Numbered from the stretch's first letter, positions 9,330 through 19,726 are shown. The stretch is DNA of 64,000 nucleotides from Candidatus Latescibacterota bacterium (GCA_965204745.1 OZ242010.1:5056001-5120000), one strand, 5' to 3'. A program made the numbers and translations. Notes: generated by a model not told the origin, from the letters alone.

Positions 9330-9462
9330 TAACTGACTACTGACCACTGACTACTGCCTTTTGCCTCTTGTATCTTCGACCAAGCACGGGGCATCGCCCC
9401 TACGATCTCACGTCTTACGTCTCACGTCTTGCCTCTTGCCTCTTGCCTCTTCCCTCTCACGC
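9330..9462. repeat. Heptamer arrays (CTGACCA/CTGACTA; CTCACGT/CTTGCCT) with a REP-like end
   Basis: Direct reading. Confidence 0.7.
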
Positions 9463-9466
9463 CTCA

Positions 9467-10654
9467 TCACCAATTCGCATTTCCCTTTTCCCACGGATGT
9501 GCTCGGAGCACGTCCTCGACCATTGCCGTGCCCCAGCCCGCGCCCGTGGGAATGGTCAGGTGCCCGTTTTCTATTTTGGGGAGATGCGTGACCATGGCTT
9601 CGCGCCAAGGCACGTCGTCAACGTCGATTTCCATGATACGCACGTTGGGCAAAACCGCGCACAGGCTTGCGCTGATGTGGGTCGAGAGGTGGCTATAATA
9701 ATTGTGGGGCGCGATGTTGAGTTGATAGGCTTCGGCCAAATCGCCCACTTTTTTGGACTGGGCAAACCCGTTCCACGGCACATCTATCATAAACACGTCG
9801 GCGGCCCGCGCTTGGAAATAGGGGATGAACTCGCGCATGTAAAACAGGTTTTCGCCGGTGCAAATTTTGGTGCGGGTCGCGTCTTTAATCTGGCGAATGG
9901 CATCGGGTTCGTACATGTCAATTTCGAGCCAGAGCAGGTCGAATTGTTCCAACACTTGGGCGATTCGCATGCACGATTCGGGCTTGAAATTGAAATTGAG
10001 GTCCAGATTGATATCTACCTCTGGACCAACCGCATCGCGGAACGTGCCGATGAGGGTTTCGATGTGGCGGAGCAACTGGCGCGTGACCACGCCATCCGTC
10101 GTCCCCGGCGTGCCGCCAAAGCCGCCAAAATAGACGCTGGCCGGGTCGCCCGGTATGACGATGTTGGTCTTGAGTGCGGTATAGCCCTTTTCCACCACCT
10201 CGCGCCCGAGTGCGGCAATGTCGTCCATCGTGCGAAGCGGCGGGGTCTTGAGCAACTCGTGATTGCGTGCGCGAGACGTGCCGCAGTGCGACCAGTACAG
10301 GCGGATTTGATCGCGCGTTGGCCCGCCAAACAGTTCGATGACGGAGATGCCGAGGGCACGCGCCTTGATGTCGATGAGCGCGAGTTCAACCCCTGCAATG
10401 GCTTTGGCCGCAATCCCCCCGGGACTTTGGCGCGTGCCGCGCAACATATCCCAAAAGCGCATCTCGTAAGCACGTGGGTCTTTGCCGATGAGCAAGGGGG
10501 CGAGGTCGCGCACCGTGCCGGTCACGCCGTAAGGACTGCGCCCATCGCTGCACTCGCCCCAACCGCTGATACCCGCATCGGTATCCACGCGGACAAAGAT
10601 CCACGGGCGCCAACCCGCATCGACGATAAATGTTTCAATCTGGGTGATTTTCAT
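9467..10654 (-). CDS. Mandelate racemase / galactonate dehydratase-like enolase-superfamily enzyme
   Basis: MKITQIETF, GWGE, ALIDIKAR.LG, KTN, WLE, TGENL, APHN; GAGGAG RBS before ATG 10654. Confidence 0.88.
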   Translation of the reverse strand: MKITQIETFIVDAGWRPWIFVRVDTDAGISGWGECSDGRSPYGVTGTVRDLAPLLIGKDPRAYEMRFWDMLRGTRQSPGGIAAKAIAGVELALIDIKARALGISVIELFGGPTRDQIRLYWSHCGTSRARNHELLKTPPLRTMDDIAALGREVVEKGYTALKTNIVIPGDPASVYFGGFGGTPGTTDGVVTRQLLRHIETLIGTFRDAVGPEVDINLDLNFNFKPESCMRIAQVLEQFDLLWLEIDMYEPDAIRQIKDATRTKICTGENLFYMREFIPYFQARAADVFMIDVPWNGFAQSKKVGDLAEAYQLNIAPHNYYSHLSTHISASLCAVLPNVRIMEIDVDDVPWREAMVTHLPKIENGHLTIPTGAGWGTAMVEDVLRAHPWEKGNANW

Positions 10655-10671
10655 GTCAAACTCCTCGGGTT

Positions 10672-11184
10672 TTACCATCCTCCGACCTGCGCGCGATCTA
10701 CGATGTCTTTGGCGAGCATCTGGAGGGCGGCGCCGATGCCTTCTGTGCGGGCGAGGTCGCGCTGGCGGGTGGCGTCGTAAATGCCGTAGCCGCGTGCGCG
10801 TTCCATTTCCCAAAGCGTTTGCTTTTGCCGCGCGTCGTAAAAGGCCATTTTGACGAAAACCGAAATCCGATATTGCTCGGCGCCCGGTTGTCCATAGGTG
10901 AAGGGTTCTTCTTTGACCTCGAGCACCACGCCTTGCACCACGGCATCGGCGCGGTCTTCTTCGACCACGCGCAAGGTGCCATCGGAGACAAATTCCCGAA
11001 TCAAGCTGTCGGTCAATGCCTGATGGATGCCGGCTTCGAGACTTTCGTTGTCGAGCAGGGGAACGGCCACCGAGCGCGTGCCGCCGCTTCCCGTGGCGGA
11101 TGTGGAATAGTAGGCGCAACCCAAGCAAGGGATGAGCAGAAAGCAACAAGCGAACCATTTTTTGACGAGATTTGGGGCGATCAA
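10672..11184 (-). CDS. LptE-family outer-membrane lipoprotein
   Basis: Lipobox CLGC; SVAVP..DN, LTDSLIREF..DG.LRVV...ADAVV.G pattern. Confidence 0.72.
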   Translation of the reverse strand: MIAPNLVKKWFACCFLLIPCLGCAYYSTSATGSGGTRSVAVPLLDNESLEAGIHQALTDSLIREFVSDGTLRVVEEDRADAVVQGVVLEVKEEPFTYGQPGAEQYRISVFVKMAFYDARQKQTLWEMERARGYGIYDATRQRDLARTEGIGAALQMLAKDIVDRAQVGGW

Positions 11185-11546
11185 CTTTTGTTCTCCGAAT
11201 CTGCGGAGGGCGATTCCGCGTCCGCAGGGTTGTCTGTTGTCGGTTCCTCGGCAGATGCTTCGGCGTCCTTTTTGATTTCATCGACGTAGTTCATTCGCAA
11301 TTCAAACAGGACGTGTTCCAACAACCTTTGCTCGTTGTCGTTTAAGTTGCCCTTGGTTTTGGCGTCCAACATGCCGAGGATGTCGATCATGTTTTTCGCC
11401 TGCTCCAAGTTGCGCTCGATCTCGCTGGTCACGGGGTTCATGACTTTGCCCAAGTTTTGCAAAGCCATGCCCTGAAACATCATGACCAGTTGCATGAACA
11501 GCAATTCGTTTTGCTGATCTTGCGGCGGGGTGTCTTGATCGATCAT
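11181..11546 (-). CDS. DUF1844-family protein
   Basis: F.QLV..AL..LG...NP, A...IDIL.ML..KTKGNL...E..LL...L.ELRMNYV. Confidence 0.82.
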   Translation of the reverse strand: MIDQDTPPQDQQNELLFMQLVMMFQGMALQNLGKVMNPVTSEIERNLEQAKNMIDILGMLDAKTKGNLNDNEQRLLEHVLFELRMNYVDEIKKDAEASAEEPTTDNPADAESPSADSENKS

Positions 11547-11679
11547 TTCTATGCCCTCCTGTGAATGATGTGATACGGTATTGACGAGAGATAATATTTG
11601 CAACCTTCAGACTGATGTCAAGGGTTTGCGCGTTTGAGGAGTGAGACGAGATGGAGGTTTAGCCACGAGCGGGGTACAA

Positions 11680-11790
11680 GAGGCAAAAGGCAGTTGTCAG
11701 TTGTCAGTGGTCAGTGGTCAGTGGTCAGTGGTCAGTGGTCAGTGGTCAGTAGTCAGTGGTCAGTGGTCAGTAGTCAGTGGTCAGTCCCCG
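11680..11790. repeat. Heptamer tandem array (CAGTGGT/CAGTTGT/CAGTAGT), ~13 units
   Basis: Direct reading; leader GAGGCAAAAGG and trailer TCCCCG shared with other arrays. Confidence 0.9.
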
Positions 11791-11870
11791 CTCCGCCCAA
11801 CCCACTTCGTAGGCCCGTGCTCGCCCGAAGATACAGCCTATCCGCTATTCGCTGATTTGTTCTAATGGAC

Positions 11871-11899
11871 TTGCACGGAACGCTTGTTGTGGGTATTAT
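11871..11899 (+). promoter_or_regulatory. Putative sigma70 promoter of the Uma2 gene
   Basis: TTGCAC-17 bp-TATTAT. Confidence 0.5.
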
Positions 11900-11955
11900 T
11901 TTGGACGGAAACATGGATGGAGAAAGGCATTGTCACTTCGCCTGGGGGGTTTGTC

Positions 11956-12561
11956 ATGACCGCCGTTGCATTGCAACAGAATGCCCTGACGCTTCATTTT
12001 GGGTCTGTGTTACGCATGAGCAGGCATGAGTTTTTTCAATTCTGCCAAGCCAATCCCGAGTTGAGGCTGGAACTCACTAGCAGGGGGGACCTGATCATTA
12101 TGCCACCGACAGGGAGCAAAACTGGACAGCGCAACTTTACACTTACGACCCAATTTGGCATGTGGATGCAATCTGATGAAACGGGTGTGGGCTTTGATTC
12201 ATCCGCGGGGTTCACCCTTCCAAATGGCGCGGTGCGCGCGCCTGATTTGGCTTGGATTCGCAAAGAGCGTTGGGAAGCCCTTTCCGCTGATGAACAGGAG
12301 GAATTTGCCCCGATTTGTCCGGACTTTGTCGTGGAACTGCTTTCTCGCACGGATCGGCTCGAGACCATCCAAAACAAGATGCGGGAATACATCGCCAATG
12401 GCGCGCAACTCGGCTGGCTCATCGATCCCAAAGCGCGGAATGTGTATGTCTATCGTCCAAATGAAGCGGTCGTTTGTCTGTCCGATCCCAAGACCATCTC
12501 GGGCGATCCCCTGTTGCCCAAGTTTGTATGTCAGGTAGGCAAACTCTGGCGAGATGAATAA
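11956..12561 (+). CDS. Uma2 (DUF820) PD-(D/E)XK putative endonuclease
   Basis: RLE...G.LIIMPP, FDSS.GF.LPNGA.R.PD, PDFVVEL.S, KM.EY..NG.QLGWLIDP. Confidence 0.92.
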   Translation: MTAVALQQNALTLHFGSVLRMSRHEFFQFCQANPELRLELTSRGDLIIMPPTGSKTGQRNFTLTTQFGMWMQSDETGVGFDSSAGFTLPNGAVRAPDLAWIRKERWEALSADEQEEFAPICPDFVVELLSRTDRLETIQNKMREYIANGAQLGWLIDPKARNVYVYRPNEAVVCLSDPKTISGDPLLPKFVCQVGKLWRDE

Positions 12562-14525
12562 TGGCTTTGCGTACAAACAGGGCGTTGGTCGAGCACGTCT
12601 TCGACAAAGGCGCGCAGGACTTCGGCGGTGCTCCATGCTTGGGCAAAACAGCCTCGCGGCGCGTGGGGCGGGTCCCCGTCGAAAATCTCAGAAATGTGGC
12701 CCAAGCCAGATTCTCGCATGTGGTTCCGCAACGGCCGCAGCATGCGTCTCGCGGCGGCGCGGGCATCGGCATCTGCGCCTCGTAGGCGAACCCAAGCGGT
12801 GATGAAGTGGCCCATAAGCCAGGGCCAAACCGTGCCTTGGTGGTACGCGCTGTCGCGGCTGTGCGGGTCCCCGCCATAAGTCCCGCGATATGCCGGGTCA
12901 GAAGGCGAGAGACTCCGCAGGCCGTAGGGCGTGAGCAACTCGCGCTCGACCACCTTGAGAATGCGGCGTTCACTGGCCGCGCACAGCATGCGATGGGGCA
13001 GGCTGAGGGCGAAGATCTGGTTGGGGCGAATCGCCGCGTCCGGGCCTGTCTCGGTCAGACAATCGTACAGACAACCCGCGTCTGGGTTCCAGAACGCATC
13101 GGCAAAGCACGCGGCTGTTTTTGCCGCGAGATCAGCGTATTCGGCGGCGCAGTCGGGTTCGCCATATCGATGAGCCAAGTCGCGCATGACACACAGGGCG
13201 TTGTACCACAGCGCGTTGACCTCAATGGGTTTGCCACGACGCGGAGTGACGACCCAGTTCCCAACCTTGGCGTCCATCCAGGTGAGTTGCACCCCCGGCG
13301 CGCCCGCGCAGAGCAAGCCATCTCGATCCAAGTGAATATTGTAGCGCGTTCCCCGAACAAAATGGCGGATGATGTCTTTCAACACCGGCCAGAGGGTTTT
13401 ATGCACGAACGCATAATCGGCCGTGTAGGCCAAAAAGCGATCCACCGCATGGATGTACCACAGGGTTGCATCCACGCTGTTGTAATCAGGCGCGGCTCCG
13501 GAATCGGGAAATCGGTTGGGGATCATCCCTCGGTCGCAAAAGCGCACATAGTGGGCGAGGATGTCGCGGGCGACGTCAAACCGCCCTGTCGCCAGCGCGA
13601 GGCCGGGCAGCGCGATCATGGTGTCGCGGCCCCAGTCCGCGAACCACGGGTACCCCGCGATGATCGTGGCACGGGTGTTTTGGGATTTGACGAGAAAGGC
13701 ATCTGCACTGAGACCGAGCCGGGCGCGTCCGGAAACGGTTTGGGCAATTTTCTGCCTGCGATCTCTTTCGGCCCGCCGCAGGTCGTCGATCTGATCGCAA
13801 GTGACCGGATCGAGGCTGGCGAGCAAGTGTGCGGATTGGCCTTGTTCCAAGTCAAAAGTCAATTCTCCTGGGCAGTATAAATCCTCATGGCAGTCCAAGC
13901 CGCGATAGGCTTCCACCGCGTATTCAAAATTGTAATACCACATGCCCCGCGTTTGAAAGCGCCCGTTGTGCGCGAGGTGCAAGGGCGGGAGTTCGGGATA
14001 GGGTCGGAGGCGAATGCGGCCCTCGCGGATATCGACATCGCCATTGAACGCGGGGTTTTGCCGCGTTAGGTGGTGGTAGTCTCGGAACGCCACGAGCGGG
14101 CGCAGGGTAAGCCTGACCGGGCGATCAACCGGGCCATACGCGATTGCAGTGGTGTTTTGACCGTGGATCATGAAGATCTGTTTTTCAAGGCGCAGATCGC
14201 CGACGCGATAGGTAAAGATGGGATGGGGATCCAGGCGAAAGTGTCGAAGGTGGCGATACCCGTGCGGGTGGATGGCGCCGACATAGCGATTGGTGCTCAA
14301 GTCATACGCCCCCGCGCCGGGTACGAGGAGCGTTTCTTCGAGTTTGGACAGGGCGACGAATCGACCTCGCTCGTATGCTGGCGTGAGTAAGCCGTGATAC
14401 CGCCGCGTGTTCATGCCGATGATGGTCGCGCAGGCAAATCCGCCGATGCCATTGGTTTCGAGCCATTCCCGACCCATCGCTTGATCGAGATCGCGGCATA
14501 TTTCTTTTTCGATGTGGATGTTCAT
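12531..14525 (-). CDS. Glycogen debranching enzyme / amylo-alpha-1,6-glucosidase (archaeal type)
   Basis: EWLETNGIGGFA, TRRYHGLL, AGYPWFADWGRDT, TWMDAK, IRPNQ, YHQGTVWPWL, QAWS. Confidence 0.92.
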   Translation of the reverse strand: MNIHIEKEICRDLDQAMGREWLETNGIGGFACATIIGMNTRRYHGLLTPAYERGRFVALSKLEETLLVPGAGAYDLSTNRYVGAIHPHGYRHLRHFRLDPHPIFTYRVGDLRLEKQIFMIHGQNTTAIAYGPVDRPVRLTLRPLVAFRDYHHLTRQNPAFNGDVDIREGRIRLRPYPELPPLHLAHNGRFQTRGMWYYNFEYAVEAYRGLDCHEDLYCPGELTFDLEQGQSAHLLASLDPVTCDQIDDLRRAERDRRQKIAQTVSGRARLGLSADAFLVKSQNTRATIIAGYPWFADWGRDTMIALPGLALATGRFDVARDILAHYVRFCDRGMIPNRFPDSGAAPDYNSVDATLWYIHAVDRFLAYTADYAFVHKTLWPVLKDIIRHFVRGTRYNIHLDRDGLLCAGAPGVQLTWMDAKVGNWVVTPRRGKPIEVNALWYNALCVMRDLAHRYGEPDCAAEYADLAAKTAACFADAFWNPDAGCLYDCLTETGPDAAIRPNQIFALSLPHRMLCAASERRILKVVERELLTPYGLRSLSPSDPAYRGTYGGDPHSRDSAYHQGTVWPWLMGHFITAWVRLRGADADARAAARRMLRPLRNHMRESGLGHISEIFDGDPPHAPRGCFAQAWSTAEVLRAFVEDVLDQRPVCTQSHYSSRQSLPT

Positions 14526-14570
14526 GATCTGTTTCCATTTCCCGGGCGATCTTTCACCTGCCCGCCGACC

Positions 14571-14599
14571 TTGACAGCGAGGCGTTTTGTGGCTATTGA
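14571..14599 (+). promoter_or_regulatory. Putative sigma70 promoter of the methyltransferase
   Basis: TTGACA-17 bp-TATTGA, 17 nt upstream of ATG 14616. Confidence 0.45.
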
Positions 14600-14615
14600 T
14601 CAGAGAGATAGAATA

Positions 14616-15926
14616 ATGGCATCAAACGCGAGTCAACTGGCTTTTGATTTTTCCGGTACTGTGCAGCAAAAATCAAATGGCTACCCTACTTCTTTTGTAG
14701 AGGACATTAAAAATTTCAATGCGTTCGGCAAAGAGACGATTGTGACTTCAACCGAGGTCGAACGGGTGGGCGGGGATTCGGGGTGCCAGCGGGTTCGGGT
14801 TGAAACGTATGTGAACGAATTTTGGACCTCGAAACAACGGGCCGCAAACGCGCTCCACGAGATCTCGTATCGGGCGTGTTTCAAGCCCCAACTGCCCAGA
14901 TTTTTTATCGACCGATTAACCGCGCCGGGGGATGTGGTCTATGACCCCTTTGCCGGACGGGGTACGACGCTCATCGAATCCGCGCTGTTGGGCCGCGTGC
15001 CTATCGGGTGCGATGTCAATCCCCTGAGTGCGATCCTCACCCTTCCCCGTCTGCACCCGCCCACCAGTGAGCAAGTCGCCGATAGGCTGTCGCGCATCGC
15101 GCTCGATGAGGGGGATGAATATCCCGAAGAACTATTGGTCTTTTACCATCCCGAAACCCTGAAGCGGATTTGCGCCCTTAAAAAATATCTGACAGACAGA
15201 GAACGCGGTGGAAAACTCGACGAGGTCGATCAATGGATTCGCGTGGTCGCGCTGAATCGCTTGACGGGTCACTCATCGGGGTTTTTTTCTGTTTATACCC
15301 TGCCGCCCAATCAGGCGGTCTCGGTTGACGCGCAGCGAAAAATCAACGCAAAGAGAAAGCAAGAACCCCCGTTGCGAGACGTCAAAACCATCATCCTAAA
15401 AAAAACGTGCGCCCTTTTGAAACACTGCGACGACCACACGCGAGACACGTTGAGTCGCGTGTCGCATCGGGCGCGATTCCTCACGCAACCCGCGGATAGC
15501 GTGCCCGAAATCGCGTCTAATTCCGTCGCCCTCGTCGTGACCTCTCCGCCCTTTCTCAATGTGGTCAACTACGCGCAAGACAATTGGCTCAGGTGTTGGT
15601 TTTGCGGCATAGATGCCCAATCCGTTCCCATTACGATGCAAAAAAAAATTGCAGACTGGCAGCGCGTTATGACGCGGGTTTTTGCCGAATTGGAACGGGT
15701 ATTAAAACCCGGCGGATATGTCGCCTTTGAAGTCGGCGAAGTCCGCCACGGCAAAGTAAAACTCGAAGAAGCCGCGATCCCGTGCGGCCTCGAGGCGGGC
15801 CTGACGCCGGTACTGGTTTTGATCAACGCGCAGAAATTCACCAAAACCGCCAATGTTTGGGGCGTTGACAATGGCAGAAAAGGCACGAACACCAATCGGA
15901 TCGTCGCGTTCAAAAAGAATGAGTGA
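14616..15926 (+). CDS. Site-specific DNA methyltransferase (N4C/N6A family)
   Basis: Motif I YDPFAGRGTT, motif IV VVTSPPF, RVLKPGG; start reassigned to 14616. Confidence 0.85.
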   Translation: MASNASQLAFDFSGTVQQKSNGYPTSFVEDIKNFNAFGKETIVTSTEVERVGGDSGCQRVRVETYVNEFWTSKQRAANALHEISYRACFKPQLPRFFIDRLTAPGDVVYDPFAGRGTTLIESALLGRVPIGCDVNPLSAILTLPRLHPPTSEQVADRLSRIALDEGDEYPEELLVFYHPETLKRICALKKYLTDRERGGKLDEVDQWIRVVALNRLTGHSSGFFSVYTLPPNQAVSVDAQRKINAKRKQEPPLRDVKTIILKKTCALLKHCDDHTRDTLSRVSHRARFLTQPADSVPEIASNSVALVVTSPPFLNVVNYAQDNWLRCWFCGIDAQSVPITMQKKIADWQRVMTRVFAELERVLKPGGYVAFEVGEVRHGKVKLEEAAIPCGLEAGLTPVLVLINAQKFTKTANVWGVDNGRKGTNTNRIVAFKKNE

Positions 15927-16050
15927 AGCGCGCGCTTCAAATTCATCCAAATCGGGTCATAAAAAAATAAAACGTCACAAGGCGGGTTTTCTTTTTTCGG
16001 AAGATATGTTATATTTTGGCACGCCACTTTGAAACTGATAGGAGGAAGAA

Positions 16051-16863
16051 ATGGAATTGTGCTATTTTGCCGATGAAATCGACAAAGCCGATTTTGATGC
16101 GTCCGTGCGATTGGGCGCAGAAGCCGGGGCGACCGGGATCGAGTTGCGCGGCGGGATATGGGGCAAGCGCGTTCAAGAAATTGACGATGAGGACTTGAAG
16201 CGCGTTCGGGATGTGCTGGCAAAGTACGACATGACCGTGATGGCTGTCGGCTCGCCCGTGGGCAAGTGCGCGCACGACAGCGAAAGGGAAAAGGCCGAGC
16301 ACCAGCGCGTATTTGACCGCATGATCGAACTCGCCCACGCCTTGGGCACAACGGTCATCCGAGGCTTTTCCCTGTGGAATCCCAATCGAAAACAAGGGGA
16401 TAGGGAAAATCGGCCCGGCGTTAAAAAGCATCTCGATGTGATCGTGCCCTTCCTCGAACCCATTGTCAAAACCGCCGAGCGCGAGGGCGTGACCCTGTCC
16501 TTGGAAAACGAGGGCGCGACTATCGCCGGCACTTGTGCAGAAGCGCGGATGGTGGCCGACGCGCTGGGCACTACCCCGGGATTTAGCTTTTGCTGGGACG
16601 TGAACAATGGCATCGGCTGTGGCGAACGCGCCGTGCCCGATGGCTACGAGCAGATTAGGGGGCGAATCACCCATGTACACGTCAAGCCCAATCCCGAGAA
16701 GGAACTCGACCCGATTCGCGGAAGCGAAATGAAATACGCCGAATTGCTCGAGATACTCCGCGCAGATGGCTATGCGGGCAATGTGAGCATCGAGCACTGG
16801 GGGTCGCCCGCCTTGATGCTAAAGGGCGTGCGGCAATTGCGCGCGGTTTTGGATGAGCTGTAA
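16051..16863 (+). CDS. Sugar phosphate isomerase/epimerase family protein
   Basis: FADEI, IELR, LENE, WDVNN, HVHVK, SIEH; AGGAGG RBS. Confidence 0.85.
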   Translation: MELCYFADEIDKADFDASVRLGAEAGATGIELRGGIWGKRVQEIDDEDLKRVRDVLAKYDMTVMAVGSPVGKCAHDSEREKAEHQRVFDRMIELAHALGTTVIRGFSLWNPNRKQGDRENRPGVKKHLDVIVPFLEPIVKTAEREGVTLSLENEGATIAGTCAEARMVADALGTTPGFSFCWDVNNGIGCGERAVPDGYEQIRGRITHVHVKPNPEKELDPIRGSEMKYAELLEILRADGYAGNVSIEHWGSPALMLKGVRQLRAVLDEL

Positions 16864-17020
16864 ATGTTGCGACGAGCGGACAGCAGGGATAAGGCGTTCG
16901 CCTGTTGTTTGGACGGGATGATTTTGACACGCGCTTGATGGATGATTTGCCGCGCTTGGACCTGCTCAAAGCGGCTTATCTATCAAAACGCGCAAAAGTG
17001 ATTGGGCGAAGGGTGAAGCT

Positions 17021-18190
17021 ATGTTTTTGAGATCGCACGAGAAGCAAAAAGGGACGCAACCTGGCGCCTCGCCTTTTCCACCGCTTTCAGCCGAGCGAAT
17101 CGCCGCGGCCAGACAACGACATGGCAACGCGATTGATCCGTATTTGGCGCATCTGCACTTGGGCGATCCCATCGCTGACGATCTCATTCTCCATTTTGAA
17201 AAACTGCCGCAGGGCCATGGATTTCGCATGCTATCTCATGCCCTCAAGAACGGCATTGCGTCTATCGACAATCCGCCCAAACCCCTGGTGGTGCTGTTTG
17301 AACAACTCGATAGCGTGCCCACCTGGGTGGACTGGGATCTCATGCGCGTTGCGAGCAAGAAGATCATCCGCTCGGGGCTGCTCACCGCCTTGTCTTTCGC
17401 CGCCTACGCCTTGCCGCACACCTACCTTGCGACCGCCAACAAACCCCTCGCTTTTACGCGCACCCTCCTCAATAAGACCGCCCATCGCTACGCCCAAACC
17501 CTGCGCTTGATCACCGAAAGTTTCCTGCCGGGCGGCTTGCAACGCCAGGCGGATGGCTTTGAGTTGGTGGTTTTTGTGCGCGTCTTGCACGCCCGGATTC
17601 GGCGGCAGATCCTCCAGTCGAACAAGTGGGACAAAAGCACGCCCGAACTCCCGCTCAATCAAGCGCACATGGCGATGGATGTCATTTTTTTCTCGCGCTA
17701 TGTCATTCAGGGGATGAAGCGATTGGGGATGCGTTTGACGCGCCGCGAGGAGGAAGGCGTTCTCATGACATGGCGTTATATCGGGTATCTCTTTGCCATC
17801 GATCCCGAAATGGTCTGCGCGTCAGAAGAACAAGCGCGGCGGATGATAGAGATCGCGTTCAGCTTGGAATTTGATCCGGACGAAACCTCGAAGCACCTTT
17901 GCCAAGCCCTGATCCATGCAGGCCCGGCGCTGATGAAAATTGAGAACGAACGCCAAGCGCGCTTTTTCGTCAGCATGGCCAATCCCATATCGCGCCACCT
18001 GCTCGGCGACAAGCTCGCGGATCAGTTGGGCTATCCCAAGCAAAAGCGGCGGTTGTTGTGCTATGGCTTCATCGCCCTCGTGTGGCTCTCCGAGCGGGTT
18101 CCGTGGCTGGTCCCCCGTGCGATCAAGGAATACAAGGGCGTGGTGTTCTGGCTCGAGAAAGGCGACTACGAGACATCCATCTTCGACTAA
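17021..18190 (+). CDS. MpaB / rubber-oxygenase(Lcp)-like heme oxygenase family protein (DUF2236)
   Basis: GDP.AD, P.WVDW, VRVLHARIR (heme His), P.NQ.HM, WRYIGYL. Confidence 0.8.
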   Translation: MFLRSHEKQKGTQPGASPFPPLSAERIAAARQRHGNAIDPYLAHLHLGDPIADDLILHFEKLPQGHGFRMLSHALKNGIASIDNPPKPLVVLFEQLDSVPTWVDWDLMRVASKKIIRSGLLTALSFAAYALPHTYLATANKPLAFTRTLLNKTAHRYAQTLRLITESFLPGGLQRQADGFELVVFVRVLHARIRRQILQSNKWDKSTPELPLNQAHMAMDVIFFSRYVIQGMKRLGMRLTRREEEGVLMTWRYIGYLFAIDPEMVCASEEQARRMIEIAFSLEFDPDETSKHLCQALIHAGPALMKIENERQARFFVSMANPISRHLLGDKLADQLGYPKQKRRLLCYGFIALVWLSERVPWLVPRAIKEYKGVVFWLEKGDYETSIFD

Positions 18191-19536
18191 CCCCGGCGCT
18201 CGCACACCTCGACCGGCAGGCCGTGCTTAAAAAAGTAGCCCGCCATGGTTTTCAACGCCGGCGGCCCCTCCGAGACGACCTCGAGCCGCCAGCGTTGGGC
18301 GATGCTCGCCAAGGCGTACACCCCGCTCATCAGGGCGAACGCCTCGCCGACGCAACCGCGAGAACCGGCGCCGAATGGCATGTACGCGTACCGCGGGCGC
18401 TCGGGTTGCTCGTCCAGCCAGCGTTCTGGCAGAAACTGCTCCGGGCGCGGGAAATACCGCTCATTCCTGTGGGACGCATAGCAACAGAGTTGCACATTCG
18501 CGCCCTTGGGCATGAAATAGCCGCCGATAGTGCAGTCTTCGATGGCCCGTCGGCCGATATAATAAGAGGGCGACGCGAGGCGCAAGGTCTCGTCGAGCAC
18601 GGCGCGGGTATAGACGAGTTGGTCGTAGTCCGCCAAAGCCGGCGTCCGGCCGCCCAACACCGAGTCGATCTCCCGCTCCATCCGCTCGCGCACAGATGGG
18701 TTCCTGCTCAAAAAATAGAACGCCCACGCCAGCGTGCAACCCGTCGTTTCGTGAGATGCCATCAGCATCTCTATCACTTCGTCCAATATCTCAAAGTCAT
18801 CAAACGCGGTTTTGCCGTGCTCGTCTGTGGCGTGGACCAGAAACGCCACCAGATCGGTTCGCTCTCCGGAATCCGCACGGGCCGCGCGAATAGACGCCCG
18901 GATAATCTCGTCCATCGGTTGCTTGAGACGCATCAGCCGCCGGTAGCGAGGCAACACGCGCTTGATCAAATAGCGGCCCGGCAGCAGGGCCAATTGGAAA
19001 TCCAAAATCAACAAATCGATCAGATTCTTGGCCATCTCGTTGTCGATCCGCGTCTTGTCCTCGAAAAAGACCTCGAGCGAGATGGACAGCGTCAACTGAC
19101 GCATCTCCCGATCCGCATCGACGATCTGACCGCGGTGCCATTCCTCCCGCTTGGCAATCGCGCGCTCGGCCATAATGGCGGCGTATTTGTCCAGTGCTTT
19201 CCGGTGAAAGAACGGCTGGATGATCCTTCGCCGCCGCAGGTGATCCTCGCCATCCCCAGTCACGAGCGTTGGCCCGTGCAGAACCGTGTTGCGCTTGTAA
19301 ATAAACCCCTTTTCAAATGACGACCGCTTCTCGTAGAGCACCTCTCGGATCAACTCGGGATCGAAGATGATGCAGAACTCGAGAAAGAGGATGTTGTACC
19401 TGACGATGTCGCCATAGTCCCCGTGCAATCCCACAAAAAGCCCGAGCGTATCCCGAATCCGCCTGATCGCGTTGCGGATATAATGCCCTTTCGCACTCGG
19501 CGGAAGCGGCGCGCGTTCAATGGCCGGTGTCTCCAT
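18187..19536 (-). CDS. Cytochrome P450
   Basis: I-helix ASHETT, ETLR (ExxR), PERW, PFGAGSRGCVG heme-Cys motif. Confidence 0.95.
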   Translation of the reverse strand: METPAIERAPLPPSAKGHYIRNAIRRIRDTLGLFVGLHGDYGDIVRYNILFLEFCIIFDPELIREVLYEKRSSFEKGFIYKRNTVLHGPTLVTGDGEDHLRRRRIIQPFFHRKALDKYAAIMAERAIAKREEWHRGQIVDADREMRQLTLSISLEVFFEDKTRIDNEMAKNLIDLLILDFQLALLPGRYLIKRVLPRYRRLMRLKQPMDEIIRASIRAARADSGERTDLVAFLVHATDEHGKTAFDDFEILDEVIEMLMASHETTGCTLAWAFYFLSRNPSVRERMEREIDSVLGGRTPALADYDQLVYTRAVLDETLRLASPSYYIGRRAIEDCTIGGYFMPKGANVQLCCYASHRNERYFPRPEQFLPERWLDEQPERPRYAYMPFGAGSRGCVGEAFALMSGVYALASIAQRWRLEVVSEGPPALKTMAGYFFKHGLPVEVCERRG

Positions 19537-19561
19537 AGCTCATTCATCCTTTCTTTTTTTG

Positions 19562-19660
19562 TAAGACGTGAGAGGCAAGACGTGAGAGGCGAGAGGCAAG
19601 ACGTGAGAGGCAAGACGTGAGACGTGAGACGTGAGACGTGAGAGGCAAGACGTGAGAGGG
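19562..19660. repeat. Mixed heptamer array (GACGTGA/GAGGCAA)
   Basis: Direct reading, ~14 units. Confidence 0.85.
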
Positions 19661-19726
19661 CCACCCATCCCAAAACCCGGTGATTCGGGCGGGCACGGGG
19701 CACCGTCCCTACGGCTTTCTGCTCAG

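Noticed and set aside
9467-11281. 604-aa enolase with a long N-terminal extension
   Set aside because: The extension is an alternative frame of the LptE-like gene; the real start is ATG 10654 with an RBS.
11680-11790. Tandem arrays as a CRISPR locus
   Set aside because: 7-bp units without unique spacers, and no cas genes in the window.
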